Notes: a model not told the origin generated them from the sequence alone. Numbered from the stretch's first letter, positions 1 through 10,230 are shown. The stretch: 64,000 bases of DNA from Clostridia bacterium (GCA_017621475.1 JAGATA010000020.1:10948-74947), one strand, 5' to 3'. A program made the numbers and translations.

Positions 1-575
1 ACGTTATTTTCTATCATAGAAGCTTTGCCGCGGTGGAAATCGCAACGGAGCGCTTTAAGCCCCATAGAAAATCCCGTGCCGCGCATTTTAACGTAGCTTT
101 CTCGTATAGTCCAAAGACGGCAAAAAGCCTCCGTGGGATTTTGGGACATCAAAATAGCATTCTGCTCCATTGTGGAGAAGAATCTGCCTGCAATGCCCAT
201 AAGGTCGTGTGGGCGCGTTGCATTTTCAACGTCAACGCCGCATTCCACGTCGGAAACTGTGCAAACGACAATTCTTCCGCTATGTGATATGTTGAAAAAT
301 TTATCCGTTTCGCCTGCAAGGTACGGTTTTTCATATTCATTGAGGGATATTTCAGGCTTTTCTATTCCAAAAACGGTGGAAAGCGCGTAATCTCTCAAAA
401 GCTCTGCGCAAAAAAGCTCCGCTTTTGTAACGTTGTTGCGCGCACGTTCTATGCGCGCGCGGCGGGTATCGGAAACGGAAGCAAGCTTTTCTTCAAAGAG
501 AGGGGAAAGCTCGTCCGTTGCGGCGTTATAAAATTTATCTGTATCTGTAAAGAAGGTTTTAGCGAAATGATTCAT
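1..575 (-). CDS. 4'-phosphopantetheinyl transferase, Sfp family (3' end outside window)
   Basis: Translated by hand (not in ORF track): ATG at 575 with GGAG RBS; motifs FFNISHSG, CGVDVE, FCRLWTIRESYVKMRGTG. Confidence 0.9.
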   Translation of the reverse strand, partial: MNHFAKTFFTDTDKFYNAATDELSPLFEEKLASVSDTRRARIERARNNVTKAELFCAELLRDYALSTVFGIEKPEISLNEYEKPYLAGETDKFFNISHSGRIVVCTVSDVECGVDVENATRPHDLMGIAGRFFSTMEQNAILMSQNPTEAFCRLWTIRESYVKMRGTGFSMGLKALRCDFHRGKASMIENN

Positions 576-677
576 TTTATCTCCGTAATATAATTATAAT
601 TTCATGGTAAAATGATAACATAAATAATGTTGAAAGTCAATAAAGCCCCTTATTTTAATGCTTTAAAAGGCTGTATA

Positions 678-706
678 TTGACACTCACATAAAAAAAGTG
701 TACAAT
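678..706 (+). promoter_or_regulatory. sigma-A promoter for HAD gene
   Basis: TTGACA-17 bp-TACAAT. Confidence 0.75.
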
Positions 707-739
707 ATAATCAAACAGAAAGAAAAGGATGATACGAAA

Positions 740-1393
740 ATGATAAAAGCAGTTATATTTGACCTTGACGGTACTCTTGCAAACACGTTTGACGATCTTC
801 GCTCCTCCATAGACGATATGCGTGCGGCTTTCGGAATGGGACCTATCTCCCTGGAACAGATGACGTCATTTATAAACGCATCTCTTCGCGGATTTGCTGA
901 AGGCGGACTCGGCGGCGAGCGCACGGAGGAAGAGCTTGAAAAAGCTATGAAGATATACTTTGACGCTTATGCGGTACACTATCTTGAAAAGACCTGCATT
1001 TACGAAGGACTTCCCGAAGTTTTGCAGAAGCTTAAAGAGGGTGGAGCGAGACTTGCTGTTTACTCCAACAAAATGGCTGAATACGTGAAAAAAATATCTA
1101 TCAAGCTTTACGGCGAGGATACGTTCGATATACTTATGGGACCGGACGGCATTACTCCCAAGCCCGACCCGATGGGGGCTCTTATCGTTGCCGGAAAATG
1201 GGGCATCGACCCTTCCGAGATAGCTTACGTCGGCGACTCCGTAACGGATATGAAAACAGGGCTTGCGGCAGGAATGCACACTATAGGCGTTTCCTGGGGC
1301 TTTACCGCAAGAGAAGACCTTGCAGCGGCAGGCGCACATTACATTGTTGACACAAGACCCGAACTCCTTGAGCTTCTCGAAAAATTGGCATAA
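740..1393 (+). CDS. HAD-superfamily phosphatase (phosphoglycolate phosphatase-like)
   Basis: FDLDGTL, KPDP and YVGDS..D motifs; start at MIKAVIF. Confidence 0.9.
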   Translation: MIKAVIFDLDGTLANTFDDLRSSIDDMRAAFGMGPISLEQMTSFINASLRGFAEGGLGGERTEEELEKAMKIYFDAYAVHYLEKTCIYEGLPEVLQKLKEGGARLAVYSNKMAEYVKKISIKLYGEDTFDILMGPDGITPKPDPMGALIVAGKWGIDPSEIAYVGDSVTDMKTGLAAGMHTIGVSWGFTAREDLAAAGAHYIVDTRPELLELLEKLA

Positions 1394-1395
1394 GT

Positions 1396-1426
1396 AAAAC
1401 CGCCCTTGGGAACAAGGGCGGTTTTC
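1396..1426 (+). terminator. Rho-independent terminator
   Basis: aaaaccgcccttg / caagggcggtttt hairpin. Confidence 0.8.
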
Positions 1427-1427
1427 A

Positions 1428-1959
1428 TTTTAACAAAATTTATTTTATTAACTTTTTTAAAAAGAAAAGAGGTAAAAAACGCACAAGCGTTTTTAAAATT
1501 ATTATACTAACTTTTTCTTATTTAAAGAAAAAGTTACAAAAAGATAAAAAACCCTGCAGGTTTATCGGCTTGTGCTGACTTGAACTTTAGATATCGTTCT
1601 CAGACAATCGCGTTGCACACAGCGACACAAAGTTTGAGAAAAATATTTATTTCAATAGTCGCTGTATTTACGCTCAACTCGAACGACGAGAAGAATATTC
1701 AAACTTTTATTAAAATCGCGTGATAATTAAAAATAAAATTTTAGCTTCAGCCCTCACGCGTTCAAAGATAAAATCATATTTTGGCACTCTTCGACGTGGT
1801 TCCGAGTAGTTTTTGCGAGCTCGTGAGTGAAAACTGCTCGGGGAGTCGAAAGCACACAAAGTTAAAGTTGCACAAGCGGATAAAGCGAAGGGCTTTTTTA
1901 TCTTTTTGCGAGCTTTTTCTTTAAACAAGAAAAAGCGATATAAAATAAATTTGTTAAAA
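1428..1959. repeat. Head-to-head pair of diverged REP/MITE-like repeats (long imperfect inverted repeat)
   Basis: 1511-1588 matches the reverse complement of 1858-1936; outer IR ttttaacaaa(a)tttatttta at 1428-1447 and 1941-1959. Confidence 0.75.
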
Positions 1960-2094
1960 CACAACGTGTTTTAACTCCTCTAAAATAATAAAAAGCTTTT
2001 CCTCTTTACACAAAGAGGAAAAAATATATTGTACTATTTAATTTTTTGTGATACAATAATATTATAATGAAATAAAAAACAAGGAGAAACAAAA

Positions 2095-2949
2095 ATGAAA
2101 CTTCCTTTCAATATTGACCTTACAAATAAAGTTTGCGTTGTTACAGGCGGGGCAGGCGTTCTTTGCGCAGGCTTTGCAAAAACTGTTGCAGCTTGCGGCG
2201 CAAGCGTTGCTATCCTCGACCTCAACGAAGAAATGGCAAAAAAAGTTGCGGACGAGATCGTAGCTGACGGCGGCAAGGCTATCGGCGTTAAGACAAACGT
2301 TCTTGAGCGAGAAAGCGTTGAAGCGGCAAGACAGGCTGTTCTCGATGCATTCGGCACTTGCGACATCCTTATCAACGGTGCGGGCGGTAACAATCCCCGC
2401 GGTACAACAACAAAAGAATATCTCTTTCCAGAAGACGTTGACGGTATCGAAGGTATTACAACTTTCTTTGACCTTGACCCCAAGGGCGTGGAATTCGTAT
2501 TCAACCTCAACTTCCTTGGTACACTTATCCCCACACAGGTTTTTGCTCGCGACATGGCTAAAAAAGAGGGCACGAGCATCATCAATATTTCCAGTATGAA
2601 CAGCTTCCGTCCTCTTACAAAGATTCCTGCGTACTCCGGTGCTAAAGCCGCTATTTCCAATTTTACACAGTGGCTTGCAGTTCACTTCTCCAAGGTTGGC
2701 ATAAGAGTTAACGCTATGGCTCCCGGTTTCTTCCTTACAAACCAGAACCACGCGCTTCTTATGAACCCCGACGGCACATATACGGAAAGAAGCAACAAGA
2801 TCCTTTCCCACACTCCTATGGGCCGCTTCGGCACACCCGAAGATCTTACAGGTACACTCCTTTGGCTCTGCGATAACAACGCTTCCGGCTTTGTAAACGG
2901 CGTTGTTGTGCCGATCGACGGCGGTTTTGCCGCTTACTCCGGCGTATGA
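2095..2949 (+). CDS. SDR oxidoreductase, UxuB-like D-mannonate/fructuronate oxidoreductase
   Basis: TGGAGVLC, INGAGGN, YSGAK (YxxxK) and DGGFAAYSGV C-terminus, typical of the B. subtilis UxuB-type SDR. Confidence 0.8.
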   Translation: MKLPFNIDLTNKVCVVTGGAGVLCAGFAKTVAACGASVAILDLNEEMAKKVADEIVADGGKAIGVKTNVLERESVEAARQAVLDAFGTCDILINGAGGNNPRGTTTKEYLFPEDVDGIEGITTFFDLDPKGVEFVFNLNFLGTLIPTQVFARDMAKKEGTSIINISSMNSFRPLTKIPAYSGAKAAISNFTQWLAVHFSKVGIRVNAMAPGFFLTNQNHALLMNPDGTYTERSNKILSHTPMGRFGTPEDLTGTLLWLCDNNASGFVNGVVVPIDGGFAAYSGV

Positions 2950-3539
2950 TATTCCCGAAAGATGCAGATCTTTCCCGCGCACTCGAATTTACCATTGAAA
3001 TGGACAAAATGAAAAGCATTTTTCGCCGTTCGTCCATTTTCGATGGTTCAAGAAGAGAGAACGACGCGGAGCATTCCTATCACATTTGCGCGATGGCGCT
3101 TGCTTTTGAAAAATTCGCGCCCGAGGGTGTAGACCTTCTTCGCGTTTTGAAAATGCTTATTATCCACGACATTGTGGAAATTGATGCGGGCGACACCTTC
3201 GCATATGATAAAAACGCCAATCTTTCCAAAAAGGAGCGCGAAAGCGCCGCGGCAGACAGGCTCTTTTCTATGATAGAGAACGGGGCGGAGCTTCGCGCAC
3301 TTTGGGAGGAGTTTGACGCTATGCAAACGCCAGATGCGCTCTATGCCATCAGCCTTGATAGGCTCCAGCCGTTCCTTGCAAACTGCCTTAACAAGGGCGA
3401 CACTTGGTTTGCGGGCGGAGTTGGCAAGGAAGCTATCCTTGCGCGCATGGCGCCCGTGGAAAAGGGCATACCCGCGCTTTGGCCCACGATACTCGAGCTT
3501 ATAGAGGAAAACGTGGAACAGGGATATGTTGGCAAATGA
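2946..3539 (+). CDS. HD-domain 5'-deoxynucleotidase-like protein (COG1896/HDDC2)
   Basis: ENDAEHS, HDIVEIDAGD, LWEEF, LDRLQP. Confidence 0.85.
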   Translation: MIFPKDADLSRALEFTIEMDKMKSIFRRSSIFDGSRRENDAEHSYHICAMALAFEKFAPEGVDLLRVLKMLIIHDIVEIDAGDTFAYDKNANLSKKERESAAADRLFSMIENGAELRALWEEFDAMQTPDALYAISLDRLQPFLANCLNKGDTWFAGGVGKEAILARMAPVEKGIPALWPTILELIEENVEQGYVGK

Positions 3540-3550
3540 AATTGAATAGC

Positions 3551-3583
3551 AAAAACGGGCGAACCGTAGTTCGCCCGTTTTTT
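3551..3583. terminator. Bidirectional terminator
   Basis: aaaaacgggcgaac / gttcgcccgttttt between convergent genes. Confidence 0.8.
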
Positions 3584-3587
3584 GCTT

Positions 3588-4400
3588 TTAAATCTTATCT
3601 ATATCCACTTTTTCCGCAAAAATTCCTTCGCTTTCGCCGAGAAAGATGCTTGCCGATGCTGCAAAACCTGCGGGATCGTCGGAAACAAAGTAGCGAACCT
3701 CTCCCTTTTCACGGGATGAGGAAAGAAGCCCTTTTGCGTCAAATTCTGCCGCCATAGCCTTTGCCGATTCCTTTGCGGGGTTAATGAGCGTAACGCCGGG
3801 AAGCGCTTTTGCAATATGCTCTTTTATTATGGGAAAGTGTGTGCAGCCCATAATGAGAGTATCGACTTCACCCCCGAACTCTGCAAGGTAACGCTCGCAG
3901 GCAAGGCGTGTTACCTCGTCGCCGTCCGCCGTAAAGCCGTATTCCACAAGGGAAACGAAAAGCGGACACGCTTTTTGCAAAATGACTGCGTTTGGGTCTA
4001 TCGCTTCTATTTTGCGTTTGAATATGCCCGAATTTACCGTGGCTTGCGTGCCGATAACGCCGATGCGCTTTGTTCGCGAGGCATTGTATGCGGCTTTTGC
4101 CGCGTCCTCCACAACGCCGAAAACGGGAACGTCCGTTATTTCTCTTATACACTCCAATGCGTTGGAGCTTACCGTTCCGCACGCGGCAAGGATTGCTTTT
4201 ACGCCGTGGGAGAGGAGAAAGCGCGCGTCCTCTTTCGTATATTTGCGAATAGTTTCACGCGATTTTGTTCCATAGGGAACTCTGCCTGTGTCACCGAAAT
4301 ATATGATGTTTTCGTTTGGCAGCAGACGCGAAAGCTCGCGCACGGCGCAAAGTCCGCCAAGACCGCTGTCGAAAACGCCTATTGCGCTGTTTTGGGACAT
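3588..4400 (-). CDS. murI: Glutamate racemase
   Basis: IGVFDSGLGG, RVPYGTK, GCTHFP; start MSQNS after GGAG RBS. Confidence 0.95.
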   Translation of the reverse strand: MSQNSAIGVFDSGLGGLCAVRELSRLLPNENIIYFGDTGRVPYGTKSRETIRKYTKEDARFLLSHGVKAILAACGTVSSNALECIREITDVPVFGVVEDAAKAAYNASRTKRIGVIGTQATVNSGIFKRKIEAIDPNAVILQKACPLFVSLVEYGFTADGDEVTRLACERYLAEFGGEVDTLIMGCTHFPIIKEHIAKALPGVTLINPAKESAKAMAAEFDAKGLLSSSREKGEVRYFVSDDPAGFAASASIFLGESEGIFAEKVDIDKI

Positions 4401-4472
4401 AAAAAACTCCTTTGCGTTTTTATAATCGGGAAGCTGCGGATTCAATACCGCCCCCCCGATTTGTTTTTTGAA

Positions 4473-4620
4473 CCTCTTCCGTCTTTTGCTTCGCAAAATC
4501 CACCTTATTCGGGTGTAAGGTAGGGATAAGGATATGAAATATCCATCTTTAGCAAAAATAATAGTTGTACATAAGCCTTCCCCTTTTGGGAAAGGTGTCA
4601 CACTTGTGTGACGGAAGAGG
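4473..4620. repeat. REP-like palindromic element pair (family B)
   Basis: cctcttccgtc..caccttatt and inverted copy ccttcccc..gacggaagagg; homologous to 34951-35026. Confidence 0.75.
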
Positions 4621-4629
4621 CAGAGTATC

Positions 4630-5484
4630 TTATTTATATTCGTTTTGATCGATTTTTATGACCACGCCGCGAACGTTTCCGCCGTAATCGCGGAAAAATT
4701 CATAAAAAAGCCCTTTTTTTTCGCAAAGAGCGCGAAGCGCGTTTTCTTGGTCGTAGCCGATCTCAAAGATTATTCTGCCTCCGAGCTTGAGCTTTGCGGG
4801 CAGTATCTCTATAAATCTTTTATAGAATATAAGCCCATCTTCGCCTCCGTCGAGCGCGCAGAGGGGTTCGCGGTGGACTTCTTCGGAGAGATCCGCTATA
4901 TCCTTTGTCGGGATATACGGCGGATTTGAAACGATAAGATCGTATTTTTCGCATTCGCTCGCAAAATCTTCTGAAAGTGCGTTGCAACTCTCGAACGTGA
5001 CTTTGTGAGAAAGAGAAAGGCGCTCTGCGTTTTTCCTCGCTATATCGAGCGCATCCTTGGAAATATCAAGAGCGCGAACCTTTGCGTGCGAATTTGCGGC
5101 GATGGCAAGCGCGATACAGCCGCTTCCCGTGCATATATCTAGGACATTCGCATATTTCTCGCCCAAAAATTCAAGTGCGCGCTCCACTATGACTTCCGTA
5201 TCTGCGCGAGGAGTGAGGCAAGCAGGGCTTACCAGAAAATTAAGGCCGAAAAAGTCCGTATTGCCGAGTATATATGCAAGAGGCTCGCCGTTTTTGCGGC
5301 GAGCTACTGTATTTTCTATTTCTTCCGTTTTGTCGGGTGCTTCTTCATGGGAGATAAGCGTAAGTGTGCGCTTATCAATCCCGAAGATATGGCAAACGAT
5401 CTTTTCGGCTTCATAGGAAGCATACTCCCCACAAACAGGGAGCAAGGCTTCCTTTATATATTTTTTAGTTTGAAAATACGTCAT
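4630..5484 (-). CDS. prmC: Release factor glutamine methyltransferase
   Basis: GEPLAYILG, PRADTE, LDICTGSG, SNPPYI, EP..ALDGG. Confidence 0.95.
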   Translation of the reverse strand: MTYFQTKKYIKEALLPVCGEYASYEAEKIVCHIFGIDKRTLTLISHEEAPDKTEEIENTVARRKNGEPLAYILGNTDFFGLNFLVSPACLTPRADTEVIVERALEFLGEKYANVLDICTGSGCIALAIAANSHAKVRALDISKDALDIARKNAERLSLSHKVTFESCNALSEDFASECEKYDLIVSNPPYIPTKDIADLSEEVHREPLCALDGGEDGLIFYKRFIEILPAKLKLGGRIIFEIGYDQENALRALCEKKGLFYEFFRDYGGNVRGVVIKIDQNEYK

Positions 5485-5485
5485 T

Positions 5486-6508
5486 TTACTCTGCAATGTC
5501 TGTGTTGTTTTCGTCGTTTTTGTCGGCTTCTTCTGCGGGAGCTTCCACTTCTTCGGGAGGAAATTCGTCGGGAAGAGAGGCTTTGAGAGACATAATGGCA
5601 CATTCGATCTGCTCTGCATCGGGTTCCTTTGTTGTGATGCGCTGCATCCAAAGACCGGGCGCGGAAAGAGCACGGATGATGAAATTGTCGTGTTTGCCCG
5701 CATACATCAAAAATTCATATCCGATGCCCATAACAACGGGCATAAGGAGAATCTTTATTACAACGCGAAGGAGCTTGTTATCCCAAGGTATGAAAAGGCC
5801 AACGAATATTGTGAGGAGTATCATAACGAACATAAAGCTTGTACCGCAACGGGGGTGGAAACGTGAGTGATTTTTCACGTTTTCTACTGTGAGCTCTTCG
5901 CCTGCTTCATAGCAGAAGATGGATTTGTGCTCCGCACCGTGGAACTCAAACGTTCTGCGTATATCCTTCATAAGCGAAACAAGGAGCATATAGCCGACGA
6001 AAATAGCAACTTTAAAGCCCCCCTCGATAACACTCTTCCAAAGACCGAGCTCACCCGTAAGGCGCTCTATTAGCCCTGTTAAAAACGTTGGCAAGAACAT
6101 AAAGAGGAAAAGCGCAAGCGCAATTCCAAGAACCATTGCAATAAGCATAATAACGTCCATAACGTTTTTGCCGAGGTGCTTTTTGAGCCATTTTTCAAAT
6201 TTTGTTTCCTCCATCTCCTCATCAATTCCGAGCATTTCTGCGGAATCGTTAAGAGTGCTGAAGGAAAGCTTCATCATCTCTATAAAGTTCACAACACCGC
6301 GAATGAGAGGAAAATTTAAAATTTTGAATTTTTTTCTTACGGAAACAAATTTGGATATTTTTGTTTCTTTTGTGCCGTCATCCTTGCGCACGGTGAGAGC
6401 GACTCTGTCGCCGCTTTTCATCATAACGCCTTCCAGCACTGCCTGACCGCCGACTTTGCCGCGGCGTTCGGGTATGTAACAGCATTTCTGCTTTTTATCT
6501 TTACTCAT
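5486..6508 (-). CDS. DUF1385 (YqhQ-like) membrane protein
   Basis: GGQAVLEGVMM, HGAEHK, HPRCGTSF; usual position upstream of prmC. Confidence 0.9.
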   Translation of the reverse strand: MSKDKKQKCCYIPERRGKVGGQAVLEGVMMKSGDRVALTVRKDDGTKETKISKFVSVRKKFKILNFPLIRGVVNFIEMMKLSFSTLNDSAEMLGIDEEMEETKFEKWLKKHLGKNVMDVIMLIAMVLGIALALFLFMFLPTFLTGLIERLTGELGLWKSVIEGGFKVAIFVGYMLLVSLMKDIRRTFEFHGAEHKSIFCYEAGEELTVENVKNHSRFHPRCGTSFMFVMILLTIFVGLFIPWDNKLLRVVIKILLMPVVMGIGYEFLMYAGKHDNFIIRALSAPGLWMQRITTKEPDAEQIECAIMSLKASLPDEFPPEEVEAPAEEADKNDENNTDIAE

Positions 6509-6633
6509 TATAAAAACCTTTCTTGGGTTAAAAATATTATATTAAAAATATTATACAACATAAATGTTAATAAATAAAGTGGAAAAAGAAAAAAGCCGTC
6601 AAATCAGGCGGCTTTTTTTCGTTTTTGTTGAAA

Positions 6634-6882
6634 TTAGAGGGAGCAAACGATATAAGCAGCGATAGCAACAACAGCGAAAACTGCGCAAGCGATCGTTGTA
6701 AGCCTGGAGAGCTTTTTCTCCTGTGTCTGACCCTGGTTTTTACCGAAGTAGGAATCGCCGGTCGTACCGCCGATAGCACCGGAAAGACCGCGTTTCTTGG
6801 AGTTCTGGAGAAGAACGAGAACAACAAGCAATACGGAAACAACCATAAGAATGCTGCCGAGAATATAAGCAAGGACTGTCAT
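6634..6882 (-). CDS. secG: Preprotein translocase subunit SecG
   Basis: Two TM helices around VLLQ..GLSGAIGG. Confidence 0.9.
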   Translation of the reverse strand: MTVLAYILGSILMVVSVLLVVLVLLQNSKKRGLSGAIGGTTGDSYFGKNQGQTQEKKLSRLTTIACAVFAVVAIAAYIVCSL

Positions 6883-7061
6883 CTTAATAAAACCTCCGAG
6901 TTGGCAGGGGCAACCCGCCGAATTTTTTCGTTAGAACAAGGCGCAAAGCGCCCCTATAAACACTTGTATTTAATAATACCATAACATAAATGAAAATGCA
7001 AGGGCTTTTTTAAAACTTGAATAAAAATGTCTTAAATTTATATCTATTTTCCAAAAAAATA

Positions 7062-7090
7062 TTGACAAATCTATGTATATATGATAAAAT
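7062..7090 (+). promoter_or_regulatory. sigma-A promoter of rpsF operon
   Basis: TTGACA-17 bp-TAAAAT with extended TG. Confidence 0.8.
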
Positions 7091-7123
7091 ATCAATTCGG
7101 AAAAGTGCCAAAAAGGCAACTTT

Positions 7124-7175
7124 CTCCTTGCTGCGAAAAATAGAGTGTTCGCGGCCTTATGTCCAAAAGGAGGTG
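7124..7175 (+). ncRNA. S6:S18 ribosomal protein leader (cis-regulatory RNA)
   Basis: ctcctt pairs with the SD aaggag; inner stem gctgcgaa/ttcgcggc; CCA (CCR) motif before the SD; directly upstream of rpsF. Confidence 0.7.
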
Positions 7176-7182
7176 TACTTAA

Positions 7183-7476
7183 ATGGAAAACATCAAAGCA
7201 TCCTATGAAACAATGTTCATCGTTGATATGACAAAGGGTGAAGAAGCAGTTGTAGCTGTTGTTGCTAAGTTCAAAGCTCTTATCGAAGCTAACGGTGAAG
7301 TTGAATCTTTCAACGAATGGGGCAAACGCAAGCTTGCATACCCCATCAATGATCTTACGGAAGGCTACTATGTTCTCGTAAACTACAAAGCTGAAACAAG
7401 CTTCGTAGCTGAACTTGAACGTAACTTCAACATTTCCGAAGATATTATGCGCTCCATGACAATCAGCGTAGCGTAA
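7183..7476 (+). CDS. rpsF: 30S ribosomal protein S6
   Basis: YETMFI, WGKRKLAYPI. Confidence 0.97.
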   Translation: MENIKASYETMFIVDMTKGEEAVVAVVAKFKALIEANGEVESFNEWGKRKLAYPINDLTEGYYVLVNYKAETSFVAELERNFNISEDIMRSMTISVA

Positions 7477-7499
7477 TTTTAAAAAGGAGAGAACAAGAA

Positions 7500-7931
7500 A
7501 TGGCAAGTCTTAACAAGGTAATTCTTATCGGACACCTTACAGCGGATCCCGAGCTCAAGCAGACTCCCTCCGGTGTAAGCGTTACATCCTTTTCTATCGG
7601 TGTTACCCGCAGATTTACAAAAGCGGGCGAGCAGGCACAGAGCGACTTTATCAATATCGTTGCGTGGAGAAATACCGCTGAATTTATTACAAAATATTTC
7701 AGAAAAGGCAATGCTATCTGCATTTGCGGTTCCCTCCAGACAAGAACTTGGACTGCCAACGACGGTTCCAAGCGTTATGCAACAGAAGTTGTGGCTGACG
7801 AAGCTACTTTCGTTGAAAAGAAGAGCGAAAGCTCTCGCGGAGACGATTTTCAGGCTCCCGCATTTTCTTCCGAGATGGGAAGCGCTCCCAAGTTTGAAGA
7901 AGTTGCGGCAGACGACGATCTCCCGTTCTGA
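7500..7931 (+). CDS. ssb: Single-stranded DNA-binding protein
   Basis: LNKVILIG, DDDLPF tail. Confidence 0.97.
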   Translation: MASLNKVILIGHLTADPELKQTPSGVSVTSFSIGVTRRFTKAGEQAQSDFINIVAWRNTAEFITKYFRKGNAICICGSLQTRTWTANDGSKRYATEVVADEATFVEKKSESSRGDDFQAPAFSSEMGSAPKFEEVAADDDLPF

Positions 7932-7978
7932 TGCCGTTCGTATTTAACGGCGAAAAATAATATAGGAGGTTTTTCACA

Positions 7979-8230
7979 ATGGAAAATAGAGAACAGAGAC
8001 CCGCAAGAGGCGGCAATATGCACAGAAGAAAAAAAGTTTGTGTGTTCTGCGCTGAAAAAGCTACTGCTATCGACTACAAAGATGTAGCTAAACTTCACAA
8101 ATTTATTTCTGAACGTTCCAAGATTCTTCCCAGAAGAGTTACAGGTACTTGTGCTGCACACCAGCGTGCGCTTACAGAAGCTATCAAACGCGCTCGCCAC
8201 GTAGCGCTTCTTCCTTTCGTTACAGACTAA
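7979..8230 (+). CDS. rpsR: 30S ribosomal protein S18
   Basis: [20 protein letters not shown]. Confidence 0.97.
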   Translation: MENREQRPARGGNMHRRKKVCVFCAEKATAIDYKDVAKLHKFISERSKILPRRVTGTCAAHQRALTEAIKRARHVALLPFVTD

Positions 8231-8246
8231 TTTATTCTGTATATAG

Positions 8247-8275
8247 AAAAGCAGACCGCAAGGTCTGCTTTTTTT
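8247..8275 (+). terminator. Rho-independent terminator
   Basis: gcagacc-gcaa-ggtctgc followed by T run. Confidence 0.85.
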
Positions 8276-8360
8276 GCGTGTATTCAAAAATTGCTGAGAA
8301 AACAAAACACTTTTTACGACTAATACTATAAATTGATATAGTTTAAGAAGGGAGCATATT

Positions 8361-8945
8361 ATGAAAAAAATTTTGCTTGCGATAATTCCCTTTGTTTTGT
8401 ACTTCTTGCTCGCATCCTGCGGCGGCGAGCGTTTGCCGACAACGGAGCCGACACAAAATACGGTCGTTACCACAACTCAGATCGCAAATATCACAACGGA
8501 GGTGACGACCAATACGACCGAAGGACCTACCGTTTGCTTTGGCTCCGAGAACAACCAACCGGGGAAGGCTCTTGTAAAGGTTCTGCTTGATGGTGCAGAG
8601 ATAGAGACTTGGAATTCGCTGCTGTATGCTCGCTACGACGGCATCGTTGCTGACGGATATATAATGTTTATGGATCCGCCGTATAACGAATTTCCCGAAT
8701 ACGAGCTTAAAAATGATTTAAAAATAACAATAGACGGCGCCGCGAAACCCTCCGTTACCGTAAGAGATGCCGTAACACACGGGATAATCGGCAAATTTGA
8801 TACGGAAAATATTGCACAGAGCATAAAGTCAAATTTAGGTGCGGGCAGATACATCATCGTTTTCGATGCCAAAAATTACGGAACGGGAAGATACGCCGAT
8901 GACTGCGTGGTGTATTCACACTATTTCTTTGTAACGGTGAGCTGA
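8361..8945 (+). CDS. Orphan lipoprotein with Thr-rich linker
   Basis: Lipobox LLASC, T-rich stalk, beta-rich C-terminal domain. Confidence 0.75.
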   Translation: MKKILLAIIPFVLYFLLASCGGERLPTTEPTQNTVVTTTQIANITTEVTTNTTEGPTVCFGSENNQPGKALVKVLLDGAEIETWNSLLYARYDGIVADGYIMFMDPPYNEFPEYELKNDLKITIDGAAKPSVTVRDAVTHGIIGKFDTENIAQSIKSNLGAGRYIIVFDAKNYGTGRYADDCVVYSHYFFVTVS

Positions 8946-8946
8946 A

Positions 8947-9426
8947 TTATATAACCTTTTCTTCCTTTTCAAAACCGTGGATAAAGCCTGCGGAATCTGC
9001 GGAGCAGACGTCACCGCCAACTATCTTGTTTCGGTAAACAAGCAGGTTGACATACACCACACCTTCGTAATCCTCGTAATTTGTAACTTCGTATGTATAG
9101 CGCACAACGTCCTTACCCTTGTATTTTGCAAGGTTGAGCCCTTGCTCCTTTTGAATGTCGTTGTAGCCGACGTAAACGCTGTCAAATTCAGAGGGAATGG
9201 TTACCTCTATTTCCTCTATGGGCGTTTGGTTCACGTTCCAACCGAATTGTGCGATAAAATCTATTCTGTCGCTGTTGGAATATACGTTTTGGTAGTTGAC
9301 GCTTTCGCGAGCGTTTGCACTTTCATATTTGGGAACGAAAATGACGAGCGCGGTTACGATAAGGATGGAAAATACCGTGATAGCGGTAAATTTTATTGTG
9401 TTTGAGCGTAAAGTGGTTATAAACAT
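8947..9426 (-). CDS. DUF4830 family protein
   Basis: IPSEFD.VY..YN.IQK.QG.NL..YKGK...RYTY, IVGGD. Confidence 0.8.
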   Translation of the reverse strand: MFITTLRSNTIKFTAITVFSILIVTALVIFVPKYESANARESVNYQNVYSNSDRIDFIAQFGWNVNQTPIEEIEVTIPSEFDSVYVGYNDIQKEQGLNLAKYKGKDVVRYTYEVTNYEDYEGVVYVNLLVYRNKIVGGDVCSADSAGFIHGFEKEEKVI

Positions 9427-9493
9427 AAAAACCTCCGAAATAAAATTCTTATTTGAATTTTATTCGGTGGTTTTGTTTTTTATTACAGAGAGC

Positions 9494-10084
9494 TTATTCT
9501 TTTTCTTCTTTTTTCTTATCGGCTTTATCCTTTTCCTTGTCCTTTTCAGCATCTTCCTTTTTGCCGAAGGCAGAATAAGCAAAGTTTGCGATGATTTTTT
9601 CCGTGCCGGAGCGTACCGCGTTTTCTATGGTTATGGCACAGAGCATTTCCTCCGTCTTTTCTTCTTTTTCAAAAGCGGCTGAAATATCGCGGGAGAGGGT
9701 AGAGAGGCGAGCTTCAAACATCTCCAAAAAATCATCCAGCATTTTTTCTATGCCGAAAAGCTTTTCGCTTCTTTCCATAATATCCGCAATGGCAGAGATC
9801 TCCATAACGGGTTTGAGTATGCAAATAACGAGCAACTTTGCAAGGTGTTCGCGGCTGTATTTTTTCTTTACAGGGGGAGGGAGAATGCGATTTTTTACAT
9901 AGTTGTTTATCATAGACGGTGTGAGCACAGGGTCATCCGAAACCGCCATAACGCTCAGGTATTTATCCGTTACGGAAATGACCTGGTCCATATAGAGGTC
10001 TATTTCTGGAAGGTCCTTCCAACGGGGCATATGAAAAGTATTGAATGTATTTATTTTTTCAAAAAATATTTTTTCGTTTTTCAT
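9494..10084 (-). CDS. DUF1836 family putative DNA-binding protein
   Basis: PRW.DLP.IDLYMDQV, LTPSMINNYVK. Confidence 0.88.
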   Translation of the reverse strand: MKNEKIFFEKINTFNTFHMPRWKDLPEIDLYMDQVISVTDKYLSVMAVSDDPVLTPSMINNYVKNRILPPPVKKKYSREHLAKLLVICILKPVMEISAIADIMERSEKLFGIEKMLDDFLEMFEARLSTLSRDISAAFEKEEKTEEMLCAITIENAVRSGTEKIIANFAYSAFGKKEDAEKDKEKDKADKKKEEKE

Positions 10085-10187
10085 ATAAACAGCTCCTTAA
10101 ATTTGAGATAAAACCATTTTGATTTATTTTAACATACATTTTTTATTAAATCAATAAAAAATAACATTTTCTCTTCAAAAATATCAC

Positions 10188-10230
10188 TTGACATAATTAA
10201 ACAAAACTTGTATAATAGTTTTGGAAACTA
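10188..10230 (+). promoter_or_regulatory. Orphan sigma-A promoter with palindromic operator
   Basis: TTGACA-17 bp-TATAAT followed by tagttt-tgg-aaacta. Confidence 0.65.

Noticed and set aside
1710-1964. 84-aa ORF within the inverted-repeat element
   Set aside because: No RBS; composition explained by the repeat
4401-4601. N-terminal extension of the murI ORF
   Set aside because: Runs through REP repeats; RBS supports the start at 4400
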